A stretch of 64,000 nucleotides of DNA, from positions 2,891 through 66,890 of the IMG/VR virus record IMGVR_UViG_3300036881_000016; one strand, 5' to 3'. The notes under the pieces are model-generated. The model saw only the letters and a list, made by a program, of their open reading frames with translations, was not told the origin of the DNA and did no database searches. This document shows positions 40,799 to 51,000 of this stretch, piece after piece; position 1 is the first letter of the stretch; each line of letters opens with the position of its first letter. The translations under genes and the position numbers were made by a program. This stretch comes from a virus.

Positions 40799-41067
40799 CT
40801 CCCAACTCTTTTATGCTTCAAGTGGTATCCTTTTCTATAAGCTGCTACACGCTTGATTTTGTAGCCTGTCTTATGCTTGTAGGCCTTGTGTTTAATTCCC
40901 TTCTTGTATGGCGCCGTTCTGTGGATGTGATAGCCTGTCTTATGAACGTAACTTTTATGGGGGTGGTGCGCTTTCGGTCGCGCTCCTCGAGCACCTGGTC
41001 TAGCTGCATGACTGCCTTTGTGGGGATGGCGAATACCCTTTTTATGTATATAAATTCCACGGGGCAC
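40795..41067 (-). CDS. His/Lys/Arg-rich protamine-like protein
   Basis: 90 aa with no acidic residues; internal repeat 'HKxYxHKTGYxIxRxAxYxKG'. Confidence 0.65.
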   Translation of the reverse strand: MPRGIYIHKKGIRHPHKGSHAARPGARGARPKAHHPHKSYVHKTGYHIHRTAPYKKGIKHKAYKHKTGYKIKRVAAYRKGYHLKHKRVGR

Positions 41068-41227
41068 CGCACCGGTCTCCTATGGCCAAACGCGCCTCGC
41101 AAGGATATTATGGATGTGCCCATCAGAAACTCCAAATTTGCTAACTAACTGAGCTATATGTAACGCACCATCCCAACCGAAAATTTCACTCAGTTTCATT
41201 TATTACTCCGCTGGCATTGCATTTTAT

Positions 41228-42787
41228 TTAGATCAGGTTAAGTCCGACTCCTGAATATGTTGCGCCCCCCTCAAGCTGAATGTTAGCTCCTGTGCCTGAA
41301 TCAAGGAAGTCATTGGCAATTGCACGAGTACTGGTGACAGTTGAGGAGTTAATCAACAACCCATACAATGTGTTGGGCGCTGCTGCAGTCCATACGACAT
41401 TTCCTATTAACGTGGTGTGGTCATGGGTAGCTCCGGAAGCGCCCCATAACGAGATGCCTGAATACAGGCTATTCGCCTGAAGACCACATTGGGCAATCTC
41501 GTTATTCGTGAGCATATTGTACAGCATATTACATCCGGCCGTATTGCCGACCAATTTCAAGCCGTCCCCCGCCGAGCCGGTAATTATATTTCCTGCCACT
41601 TTGTTAGCGTCGCAGTGCGATCCTGCCGGAGCGCTGACATAAAGTCCTTCACCCCCTACGGTGCTAATCTGGTTATCTTTTATAAACCCATAATTACCGC
41701 TAAAGGCAATGCCACAGGCGTAACACAACTCGATAAGACTATTCCGAATAATCTGGTTTGAGTTATACCCCGCGGGCTCCTCAAAGAAAATCCCCCCGCC
41801 TTTGGCTCCGGTTATGGTCATATCGTAAACGAGCACATTACCCCCCGTTGCGTGAATTCCGTGTTGTCCAGTAGGCGACGGCCACACGTTAGTATTGCCT
41901 GTTCCTAAAGTGTAACCTGCACCACCGCCATTGAGTAACATATCATGCACCACGATATCCGTCGATGCCCCTATATCGACCATAGGAACGTCGTCGGCAC
42001 CGATCCCCATCGTGATCGTTGTCTGGTCGCCGCAACCTGCAAAAATCGTGCCACTAGGAGGGGTGATGCTACTATCTATAACGCAGTCACCTTCGCTGAG
42101 CATTACCGTTCCGCCGCAGAGAGGCAGCGCATCGAACGCTTCATTTATGATCTCCTCTGCGTCAGCGTAGCCGGCAGTCGTTGGAATTTGGAAGTCCGCA
42201 TTTTGTCGCATCTTGGGACTCGCGTTTGGCATAGCGACTATTACCGCATAAGCCTGAGCGCCACCGGTTGCCACGAACTTGCGCTGGTCAATAAGATTGA
42301 CGTTCGTGACCATCGACAGCCCTTGCGTCACATTGATCTGACAGATAGGAATCTGCCATCGCACACCATACGTCTGCGTGAGCGACTGTGGCATTGGACC
42401 GGAGAGTTTGCTGCCAGACGGATACGCGGCTCCGTTAGTCCCTGGTAGAATCTTCGAGGTAATACCGCCGTTCAACCCCCATTTACATTCAAGGACTAAC
42501 AGATCGGCTCTGGTTCCAGCAGAAGTATTAGGGGCGATGTCCGGCGGTCCGAACGATTTGATCGTATCATTGATGTAGCCGTGGCCTTGAATATAGGCGG
42601 CTCCGGTGTCCATATTGATTGTCAACGGCTGTGCCGGATCGCCGGTCACTTCGAGTTGGTTAAGCGAGTCATTGAAGCTCACCGACATAACGCCGGTTCC
42701 CATCAGGTACCTGAATAACTGAGCCCACTGGTTCTCAGTCATCGTATTTCCTGGTTGTGTCGAAAATGGATAGCTTGATTCAGTCAT
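41228..42787 (-). CDS. Tail fibre/spike with right-handed beta-helix (pectin-lyase-like)
   Basis: N-terminal baseplate-attachment pattern 'GAAYIQGH..RADLLVL..WQIPICQINV..DQR'; 'INEAFDALP..GGTVMLSEG' followed by parallel beta-helix repeats. Confidence 0.8.
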   Translation of the reverse strand: MTESSYPFSTQPGNTMTENQWAQLFRYLMGTGVMSVSFNDSLNQLEVTGDPAQPLTINMDTGAAYIQGHGYINDTIKSFGPPDIAPNTSAGTRADLLVLECKWGLNGGITSKILPGTNGAAYPSGSKLSGPMPQSLTQTYGVRWQIPICQINVTQGLSMVTNVNLIDQRKFVATGGAQAYAVIVAMPNASPKMRQNADFQIPTTAGYADAEEIINEAFDALPLCGGTVMLSEGDCVIDSSITPPSGTIFAGCGDQTTITMGIGADDVPMVDIGASTDIVVHDMLLNGGGAGYTLGTGNTNVWPSPTGQHGIHATGGNVLVYDMTITGAKGGGIFFEEPAGYNSNQIIRNSLIELCYACGIAFSGNYGFIKDNQISTVGGEGLYVSAPAGSHCDANKVAGNIITGSAGDGLKLVGNTAGCNMLYNMLTNNEIAQCGLQANSLYSGISLWGASGATHDHTTLIGNVVWTAAAPNTLYGLLINSSTVTSTRAIANDFLDSGTGANIQLEGGATYSGVGLNLI

Positions 42788-42802
42788 TTTTACTCCTTTA
42801 TT

Positions 42803-43321
42803 TTAAGCAACTTTTCTAGCGATAGGCATTTTTTTATGATCTCGAAGCGCGATTGTCAAGCCGTCAGCCTGAGTCGGAGGCAACGGCAATACCGCCGTCA
42901 GTGACACATCCGGAGGTTCATAGCCGGCAGGCGTCTGTGCGATTGTCGGCAATGGATTTTTGGCGCCCCAATCGACACTTAATTCGTTCGCCCACTTGGT
43001 AGTCTTCCAAGCCGGAGAAGCGGCGGCAGAGGCGCTCGCAGCAGGCGTCGCTTTTGGTGTCGCAGCTGGCGCGGTTGGCGTGGCCGCTTTAGTGGTGGAT
43101 GCTACCGATTTCTGAATCGCTGCAAAGACATCGTTCTCTGCGCCACCGCCGCAGCTCGAGACTTGCGATCCGTCGCATAAGACCGCGCAGGGGTAACACG
43201 CGCAACTGCCCGATTCAGTATTGTTGTATTTAATGTCCGCATTATTGAGCATCGTTTCAAGGTTAGCGCAATGCGGACATCCTGACAAAGTGATTATCGT
43301 TGGTGTACAAGCTTGTGCCAT
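42803..43321 (-). CDS. Glutaredoxin-like CPHC protein with Ala/Pro/Thr linker
   Basis: 'IITLSGCPHCANLETMLNNADIKY..YP.AVL.DG' glutaredoxin pattern. Confidence 0.6.
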   Translation of the reverse strand: MAQACTPTIITLSGCPHCANLETMLNNADIKYNNTESGSCACYPCAVLCDGSQVSSCGGGAENDVFAAIQKSVASTTKAATPTAPAATPKATPAASASAAASPAWKTTKWANELSVDWGAKNPLPTIAQTPAGYEPPDVSLTAVLPLPPTQADGLTIALRDHKKMPIARKVA

Positions 43322-43339
43322 TTTTCTTTCACCTTTTAG

Positions 43340-45358
43340 TTACGGGAAGTTCCCGCCAAGCGATTCCCAATCAGACCATTTTTCAGAAGCGGTGCCAAAG
43401 CTTCTATGCCATATCGCTCGGTCGTTGCCACGGGCAAAATAATGAACCGTGGAACCATCTGCAGTAATTTGTACCTCCGGAGAACTGACTATAGTTGTGT
43501 TGTCAGTTACCCACGAGTTCCAAAAAGCTCCGTTGTATTCTCTGTATGCTACCTTATTGTTGCTAGTCGTGATAAACAGATAAATCTTGCCATTATACCC
43601 ACACGCGGCAGGGTGGTTCGTTGATTCTACTTTCGGACCTCCAAGCGAATGCCACGCACTCCAAGCGGTCCCGCTCCAATATCTCCACCATGTATAGCCA
43701 TCGGTGCCTTGCACAAATACTGCAAGCTGGTTAGCTGCATAACTGCACGCTCCTGGTCCGGAATTTGCTTTGCCGCCGAGAGTAAGCCACTGTGACCAGA
43801 CGCCATCGTTGTAGTATTTTTGGAACACGGCGCCGTTAGTGCCGGTAACAAATATATCATTCCTTAAGGGGGCCATTGAACAACATGCAGGACCATGCGC
43901 CGTCTGACCGCCGAGATTGGTCCACGCCACATAGTTGCTACCCTCATATGTGGTTTCGTACACGGCACCGTTTGTTCCCACCACATACACAGAGACATAC
44001 TCGGGCGTCCGGGAAACTGCGCAAGGGGAATAGTTGAAGGTTCCGTCCCCACCCGGAAGTATCCAGCCAGACCACGACGTCCCGTCGAATGTGTTGTGAG
44101 TGAGTGCTGATGGCTGCGTTCCGTTACAACCAAAAACATCTATTGTATGTAAACCGTCGTTCAGCACTGCTGCTGCGTGTGTCCCTGGTGCAATTATGGG
44201 CGCGGCATTAGGTGGTGTAGGGCCACCGCTGGCGGCTGTAATGGCTTCCGATGGAGGGGCAGGCCCGGCTGATCCGGGGTTCACGAAACAAACATTATAC
44301 GCTCTTTTCTCGGCTGTATCACTGCCCACAAAAAAGGAGAAACTTCCATCTTTCTCTGGCCATATCTTCCCCAATGACCAACTCTTCCCTGCGGGGTTGC
44401 GCGTCCATATCTCAAGCTGTCCGGTGTAAGGTCTATCGGCAATCCAATGTTCAGAATTATCTACCCATCCAGCAATACCAGAGATTTGAACCTTAAACTC
44501 AATATGCTGCGAGGTGCTACTGCCTGAGACGCCGGTGAAGCCGATCCATAAGTGTTTACAGGGACATTGAACCTGTGGCACTGCAGCTTTGGCGGCGGTA
44601 GAACCGGATGCTGATGCTGTAGGTACTGCCCCTCCCGCCCACAACGGAAGGTCATCTTTCCAATTACCACCACCAGAAAGGTTTAACGCTGTATTATCTT
44701 CTCTCCAAGAATAAAAATAACATCCACATGGGAATCCAGTCACAGCGTCATCAGCGCAAGGAGAACCAGTATCAATACAGTTACCTATAGAGTAGGCTGA
44801 ACCAAGGCCCATCCCGCTACCGTTTATAACAAGCTGAAGGTAATAATTTGTATGAAGCTGCACGTCCCAATTTGGCCATACATAATATGTCCTACCCTCA
44901 CTTCCAACGGAGGGAGCCCCCATATTAACAGGCGCAGAATTCCCGGTGCCCACCCATAACTGACAACTTGCGCTTAATGTACCTTCGACAGTAAAATTAT
45001 AGGTACTTGCATAGCCGGAACCGCTACCTACACCATGGAAATATGCGTACAAATTGTTTCCACCGGCGGCAAATAATTTTCCATCATTTCCATTTTGGTA
45101 ATCAGTTATACCTGCCATCGGCCACCACTGATTAACATTCAATCCAACTTGCCAGGTGTGTTGGTACGGATTACTAAGGCCACCATAAACTCGTATTCCA
45201 TCAGTATTTGCATCTAGTGGACCCCATACCGGATGCCCAACTGAATTTAGGGCGTATTGATTTCGTACTGCAGATCCGTTATAAGTACTACCGCCGGTGC
45301 CAAAATTTGTGATGCCGGAAGAGTTATTAGCAAAAGTGTAATGGATATATTGTGACAT
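43340..45358 (-). CDS. Putative receptor-binding protein: beta-rich N-terminal domains + PLL-type lectin propeller
   Basis: About six 'W..LGG....P.......FV.GT.G...' blades at the C-terminus. Confidence 0.7.
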   Translation of the reverse strand: MSQYIHYTFANNSSGITNFGTGGSTYNGSAVRNQYALNSVGHPVWGPLDANTDGIRVYGGLSNPYQHTWQVGLNVNQWWPMAGITDYQNGNDGKLFAAGGNNLYAYFHGVGSGSGYASTYNFTVEGTLSASCQLWVGTGNSAPVNMGAPSVGSEGRTYYVWPNWDVQLHTNYYLQLVINGSGMGLGSAYSIGNCIDTGSPCADDAVTGFPCGCYFYSWREDNTALNLSGGGNWKDDLPLWAGGAVPTASASGSTAAKAAVPQVQCPCKHLWIGFTGVSGSSTSQHIEFKVQISGIAGWVDNSEHWIADRPYTGQLEIWTRNPAGKSWSLGKIWPEKDGSFSFFVGSDTAEKRAYNVCFVNPGSAGPAPPSEAITAASGGPTPPNAAPIIAPGTHAAAVLNDGLHTIDVFGCNGTQPSALTHNTFDGTSWSGWILPGGDGTFNYSPCAVSRTPEYVSVYVVGTNGAVYETTYEGSNYVAWTNLGGQTAHGPACCSMAPLRNDIFVTGTNGAVFQKYYNDGVWSQWLTLGGKANSGPGACSYAANQLAVFVQGTDGYTWWRYWSGTAWSAWHSLGGPKVESTNHPAACGYNGKIYLFITTSNNKVAYREYNGAFWNSWVTDNTTIVSSPEVQITADGSTVHYFARGNDRAIWHRSFGTASEKWSDWESLGGNFP

Positions 45359-45372
45359 TGTATTCTCTTTAT

Positions 45373-46065
45373 CTATTTTGAAGCGCCGCCGTAATGTTGA
45401 ATCAACTCTTGCGCCAAGTCTACACAGCTAGAAGATAGGGTATTAGAATCACCCCAAAAACATATAGTATCACAGCCGCCCTGGTCAATAATGTTCATAT
45501 AATTAGCTGCAAATCCTAGCGGATTTGGATACTGGATCAAGATGCCTAGATGTCGCGCACCCGCTGTCACCGCTGCTGAAAGGCAATCCAATGTAGAGAG
45601 CACAGTTAAACCATTCTGTCCATCGTAGGTCTGTATATAGTCCCAATGTCCCCCTACAGGGTGGTTCCAAGGAGCCGCATACATATTCACTTGTTCACCA
45701 AATAAGGCTGAAGTAATGTCCAATAGTCCATAGTTAATGTATGTACAATAGTTCGCCGCTGTGCCCACCACAGAGCCCCCGCACCCTTCACCTGCAATGC
45801 AGTCCCATCCAGAACTTGCCAATGCACTGAAATATCCCGCATACGGTGCACCCGCTGCGTTAGGTTGCGTAACGGCTGTCGACACATCATTAAGAGTACT
45901 GAATACTGCAGTTGGGATTCCGGCACGATGTATTGCAGCCGCAGTTCCGGCAGCAACGCCGGTGCCGTCCCACGGATACACAAGTCCTGCTTCGTTGAAC
46001 CCCATTGAGGCTAATTGACTGAGGTTATCAAGATTGCCGAAATGCGCCGCAAACCGTTTCGCCAT
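45373..46065 (-). CDS. Stand-alone copy of the putative glycoside-hydrolase-like domain
   Basis: 'LSQLASMGF..YFSALASSGWDCIAGEG..YINY' matches 33191 'SQLAYLKGLG..FLQSCKAAGWPTLSSEG..YINY'. Confidence 0.55.
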   Translation of the reverse strand: MAKRFAAHFGNLDNLSQLASMGFNEAGLVYPWDGTGVAAGTAAAIHRAGIPTAVFSTLNDVSTAVTQPNAAGAPYAGYFSALASSGWDCIAGEGCGGSVVGTAANYCTYINYGLLDITSALFGEQVNMYAAPWNHPVGGHWDYIQTYDGQNGLTVLSTLDCLSAAVTAGARHLGILIQYPNPLGFAANYMNIIDQGGCDTICFWGDSNTLSSSCVDLAQELIQHYGGASK

Positions 46066-46542
46066 TTAGTCTAGATTTCCCCCCAAGTCCACCCACGCTG
46101 CACTCCAAGCGGTGCCGCTCCAAATTCTCTGCCAGAGTTCGCCCGACATTCCCTGCCCATACACCCAAATCGAGGTCTTAGCACCGCTCGCGCCGGAATT
46201 GTAACAATACGCAGTCAGTCCTGAACTGAACTGGCCGCCAAGGCTACCGTTCCATGCGCTCCAGATGCCGGCTGCATACGATCTGTACCAGCACGCTTGG
46301 TCACTTCCCACAACGAAAATCCAATGAGAAGTGCCATCTGTGCAAGCAGCAGGATTGAACCCCTTCGCTTCAAGAACGGTTATACGCTCTTCGTGATCTG
46401 CCTGAGTTTCAAGGACGCCACTGTCCCCATTAACCTGTACCTGGTCGTTCAGCGTGCTATTAATATCACTAATACTTGCACTGTGGTTGATGAGGTTCTG
46501 AGCCACTGCATTTTTATAATCCGCGTCGCTTGCGTTTAACAT
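46066..46542 (-). CDS. Short coiled coil + PLL-type lectin blades (fibre-like)
   Basis: 'DHEERITVLE' coiled-coil motif, then 'IFVVGSD..W..W..LGG' blades. Confidence 0.65.
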   Translation of the reverse strand: MLNASDADYKNAVAQNLINHSASISDINSTLNDQVQVNGDSGVLETQADHEERITVLEAKGFNPAACTDGTSHWIFVVGSDQACWYRSYAAGIWSAWNGSLGGQFSSGLTAYCYNSGASGAKTSIWVYGQGMSGELWQRIWSGTAWSAAWVDLGGNLD

Positions 46543-46544
46543 AA

Positions 46545-48095
46545 TTACGCCATTAACATCTGTTGAATCTGTTTTGTAGTCACTTTCTGCGTTTTCATCG
46601 CCTGAGTGGGTTGCTTGGCTAAAGCTGCTGAAAGTGCTGTCCCTGAACCACCGCCGCTCGTGGAAGTCGGAACGGAGTATTGGATAGCTGTTATAATCTC
46701 AGTTACCTGTCGGCTCCCTACGACAATAATCACTTTATCCCCTAACTGGAAGTCTCGAGGATACCTGACCTGATCCGTCTCTTGGATCGTCAGCGTCATA
46801 GATGTGTTTATGATCGATTGTGTGAGTGCAAGGTTGTTCGTTTGAACCATGCTGGCATTGATAATCGCCGAGGAATCCGTTGCTTTCGACGTAGCCGCAC
46901 TTATCCACGACTCCCATCGACCGAAACTGCCGATTGAAGCAATGTCGCCACTGGGTAGCATTGTCTTATCGGGACCTGTATCAGGCCCGCAGCCCCATAT
47001 CATATTCGCAGTAGGATGGCCACTAGCGAGCGTATAATCTTTCAGGTTGCCACTTTCGACGCTGAAGATAAGATCGTTGTTTTGTGCCAGGTTGTTGCCG
47101 ATGAACGTGTCAAAAACCAGCTCATTGCCGACCTGCGTGGTCTGGAAGTTGACACTTCCGCTCGCGCATACGTCCTGAACCTGCGTCAAAAGATTCTCGC
47201 CGCGAGCACTCGAGGTAATGACGCCGCCTACTGCTGTCGGCGCAGCAACCGCTAGATACGGGATTGCTCGGGTGCCGAACTGGTCAGAGCACGCTCCTAT
47301 GCCTGCATTAAAGAAAACCAGCTCCTTAGCTACTTTATCAGCAGGGCCGGTTCTTATGTCGTAGCCTGTGTAAGCTGGATCATCAACGATGCCGCCACTC
47401 GTCTGGTATACCATGCCGCCAGTCGTCGCTATGTCAGGCGTAAGGATCGCTGGATACTGTTGCGGGACCGCTAGTGTCAGGGTATTGGTGCTGAAGTCTA
47501 CACCTGAAAGGGCGATCGAAGCGCTTGCGTAAGAACTGTTAAGTTGATTCCAGTTTGAATACACCGTTCCGTCCGGACCGACAAGTTGAACGGTATTGCC
47601 CTCCATGAAGCCTTCGGCGTCTGCAACCACGATCGGTACATCGTATTCTTCACCTGCAGGGCAGCCTTTAGTGACGCTCGTTGAGATGCCCACGCACGAA
47701 CGTAGAACCCCAAACTTCCATTTCTGTGCCACAACATCGAAGATCGGACCTGTCACGACGGGGTAACAGATTCTCGCAGAAAGGTAAGCGTTGTCACAAC
47801 CGCCGATAATTGTTGTTGTTTCCGCACCTGCCGATAATGTTTGCTTAATGCCCTGCGATGAAATTGGACCGTCGATCAGCAAGACGCCATCTCGATAGAA
47901 CTTAACGCCGCTGTTCTCGTCGATATCGTAGCTGTTAAAATCCTGAGTCCGCATGTCCAACTGCCAACTCGAGACGTCATTCAGCTTGAGCGTATGTAGC
48001 CATTGCGTGAACCGCGTGATCTCGTCTACGTCTTCCAAGTCCTTGTCACGTAAGACTATGACATTATCCGCTTCGACTAGAGGACTTCCTGGCAC
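46545..48095 (-). CDS. Baseplate hub/tail protein (siphovirus Gp37-like)
   Basis: Follows Dit; 'LKLNDVSSWQL..FYRDG..GPI', 'FS.E.GNL', 'RYPRDFQLGDKV'. Confidence 0.75.
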   Translation of the reverse strand: MPGSPLVEADNVIVLRDKDLEDVDEITRFTQWLHTLKLNDVSSWQLDMRTQDFNSYDIDENSGVKFYRDGVLLIDGPISSQGIKQTLSAGAETTTIIGGCDNAYLSARICYPVVTGPIFDVVAQKWKFGVLRSCVGISTSVTKGCPAGEEYDVPIVVADAEGFMEGNTVQLVGPDGTVYSNWNQLNSSYASASIALSGVDFSTNTLTLAVPQQYPAILTPDIATTGGMVYQTSGGIVDDPAYTGYDIRTGPADKVAKELVFFNAGIGACSDQFGTRAIPYLAVAAPTAVGGVITSSARGENLLTQVQDVCASGSVNFQTTQVGNELVFDTFIGNNLAQNNDLIFSVESGNLKDYTLASGHPTANMIWGCGPDTGPDKTMLPSGDIASIGSFGRWESWISAATSKATDSSAIINASMVQTNNLALTQSIINTSMTLTIQETDQVRYPRDFQLGDKVIIVVGSRQVTEIITAIQYSVPTSTSGGGSGTALSAALAKQPTQAMKTQKVTTKQIQQMLMA

Positions 48096-51000
48096 TATAT
48101 TCCCTCGTATCGCTGTATCAACTGCACGTTAATCATACTTTGTCCATACGTAGCGAGGCCCATTTCAACTTCGATAACGTTAGCTGTCGGCACGAACCCC
48201 CAAAACGTATTCCCGTCAGGGTCCATTGCGAAGCGCAGGTTATACATCCCGCCCACATCGGTCGTACTTCCTGACGAAGCTGGCACCCATACACTTATAC
48301 TTCCCGAACCGTGGCACGTTGGGCATACTTCGGTGCCTCCGCAGGTAGCGCATGCAGCGATAACGCCGGTTCCGTGACAGGTGGGACATACTTCTGATTT
48401 CATATAGCCGCTTCCGATAAAGTCCGCAGCCCGCGTGCTACCGACGGTATGCGCTTGCTCAGTCGCGTCTATAACGACTGCTTCGCCAGCTACTAGATCG
48501 TGGTTAAGCTGAAAGACGTCGCCAGTTGTAACATTCGTGAGTGTTGGAACGCACCCCGGCCCTGTAATTGTCCACACAGGAAATGTTTTATCTTCTCCAT
48601 TGTTTTGCAGGACCACGCGAGCCCCGATGAAGTTCTGGCCGAGGCGCCACGTCATCGGCGGTCCGCAAGTGTCCTCGAGCACATCATCTGAAACAGGGTC
48701 AACTCCCGTAGTATGGACGCCACAGAACGCTTTAACAAAGATTCCACCGCGATAGATCGCAATCGTGGCAGGCATACCGCCTTTCAGGGCGTCAATCGCC
48801 CCATACGGCGGTGGCACAGGTGGCCCACATGCACAGTGAAACGCATACGCTTCTGGATACAGAACCTTAGCTGCGTCCATGCCAATGCTCAGTTCGGTTC
48901 CATCGTAACTCGGATCGTGATCCTGAATCTCAACGAATGTCAGCGCCAGATTGGTAAACTCTGCCTGCAGCGCGTGAAGCTGCGCCTTTGCGGTGAGGCA
49001 CGGGGGACAACCGCGCATCCAGAAGATCACTATATTGCAGTTATCATTAATTCCCGCCGTGTCTCGCGTGGCCCCGGTAGGCGTCAAAAACGTGTCATTA
49101 GTGTCAACTTCCGTGACATACGCTTCACCCGCAACCGTGTAATTATTAGCAAGCGGATTAGCCAATGTCAGAACAGTTGGGCTATCCACGGAAGAAATTT
49201 CGTTCACCTCTTTAACCAGTAGGGTATCAACGACGCAAAGGTTTAGCGTAACACCGAATGCCGACGGGGCGGTGAATCCTAGATGTGTAGAATCTCCGGC
49301 GTACATGACCCTAAATGTGTGAATGCCTACGGTGCTTGTAAACGGAATATCATAGTTCCCTGCGCTGTTAGTAGTAGTTGTAGCCCGTTGCGTCCACGTG
49401 CCGGATACGTCTTCCCACAGGCTGATGGTTGCTCCCGTGAGCGCTGCGCCGGTAATCAGTTCTGTCAATGTGCCTGTAAACTCACACGTCCCTGCGGGAC
49501 TCGTAGTGTAGTTCATTGTAAGACTAACCGCTTTATGTGTCGGTTGCGTCCACGTATAGGTAGTCCCGTCTAAGAGATGCGTTCCGGGGTAGTATCCTGC
49601 AATCTCAGATATTATGGTATCAAAATTGAGCGACTTATAAAGACTAATCTGCTCGGGTTCACTATCCCGCGCGGTTACTGCGTTATACTTAGGTCGGAAC
49701 CACACGACAAAACTTGTCATCCCTACGTAGTTGATGTAACTCCAATCAAAGACGTCTTTATACGTCGGTGAGGTTCCATTCAAAGAGTTAGTAAGCATCT
49801 CGTTAATGCCCTTTGAATCGTCTGGCCGAACATACGCAAGTATCCCGCTCTTGACGCTTGGAGATGATAGATACGCCGCCGTAGTCCACGCTTGCACATA
49901 GGGAAGCGACGCTGATTGGTAGAGATCAAAGTTGTTATGATAAACGCCTGTGCCAGATGTGTCGGGGTTTGTCGTCGTCCCTGGCCACGGTGTAGCATTA
50001 TCATTGATATATTTGAGCCCAAGCGAGTTAAGGTATGCTGGATCACCCACCCTATCACCTGAGTTGCCGCCCATAACATAGCGCCATCCGGCGTTATAGA
50101 GTGAGACGAGCCAATCGTGCCACGTAGAGAGCGGCTTTGTGTGGTCGTTCGTGACAACGGAGATATCAATCGCGGCCCACATATTATTCCCGTAATTTGG
50201 GTTGGCCGCGTGGGTATCGTGGATAATGTGATATTCAGTTGAATAGTTATCGCTAGTTGCCTCGGCAATGCAGATGATACCCATAAAACCGTTGTAACCG
50301 AAGTATTGTATCTCACCGTCGTTAATCATGCTCGGCGGTAAGCCAGCCATATAATTAATAGGATATGTAAACGTTCCAATCGCCACTACAAGAGAGGCCT
50401 TAGAAGCCGCAAACGATCCGTATTTAACGTTGCCTTCGAGCGCACCGAATATCTTTTCGAACAGCCACGTAAGCCACGATGATAGCGACGGGTCTTGTTT
50501 TGTTATAGTGGTAACAGTATCTCCTGCGTAACTTGCTGTATAAGAAACCCATCCAACATGCGGTTCCCGGACGGTTATTGAATAAGCACCATTTTTGTCT
50601 GTCGTTGCACTCCCCATATTCGACATTCCCATCGGTGTAGACCTTTGTAGCGCAATCTTTTGCCCTATGACTCCTACATTTTTTGCTTTAAGCGTGCCGG
50701 ATAACGTGAATGTACTATTAACCGCTGGATTACTAGGAGAAACCGCTAATGTTAGTGTCGTTGCGGCGGTAGTTCCGACTGTGATCGGCAACGTTGGAGA
50801 AGTGGATGTGTGGAAATTTACTTCATCGGCTAGAAGTTTCACTATGAACGAGAATACGTCCTCGATGTCAGGAATCCATGTGAAGTTATAATTGCCGTTC
50901 GCGTTTGTTATAACGGTATGCGTAGTCGTCACTCCGTTGGAAGTGGTCATACTAACCTCGCATACAGAGTTTGAAACATTCGTGCCGCTCACTGAAACGG

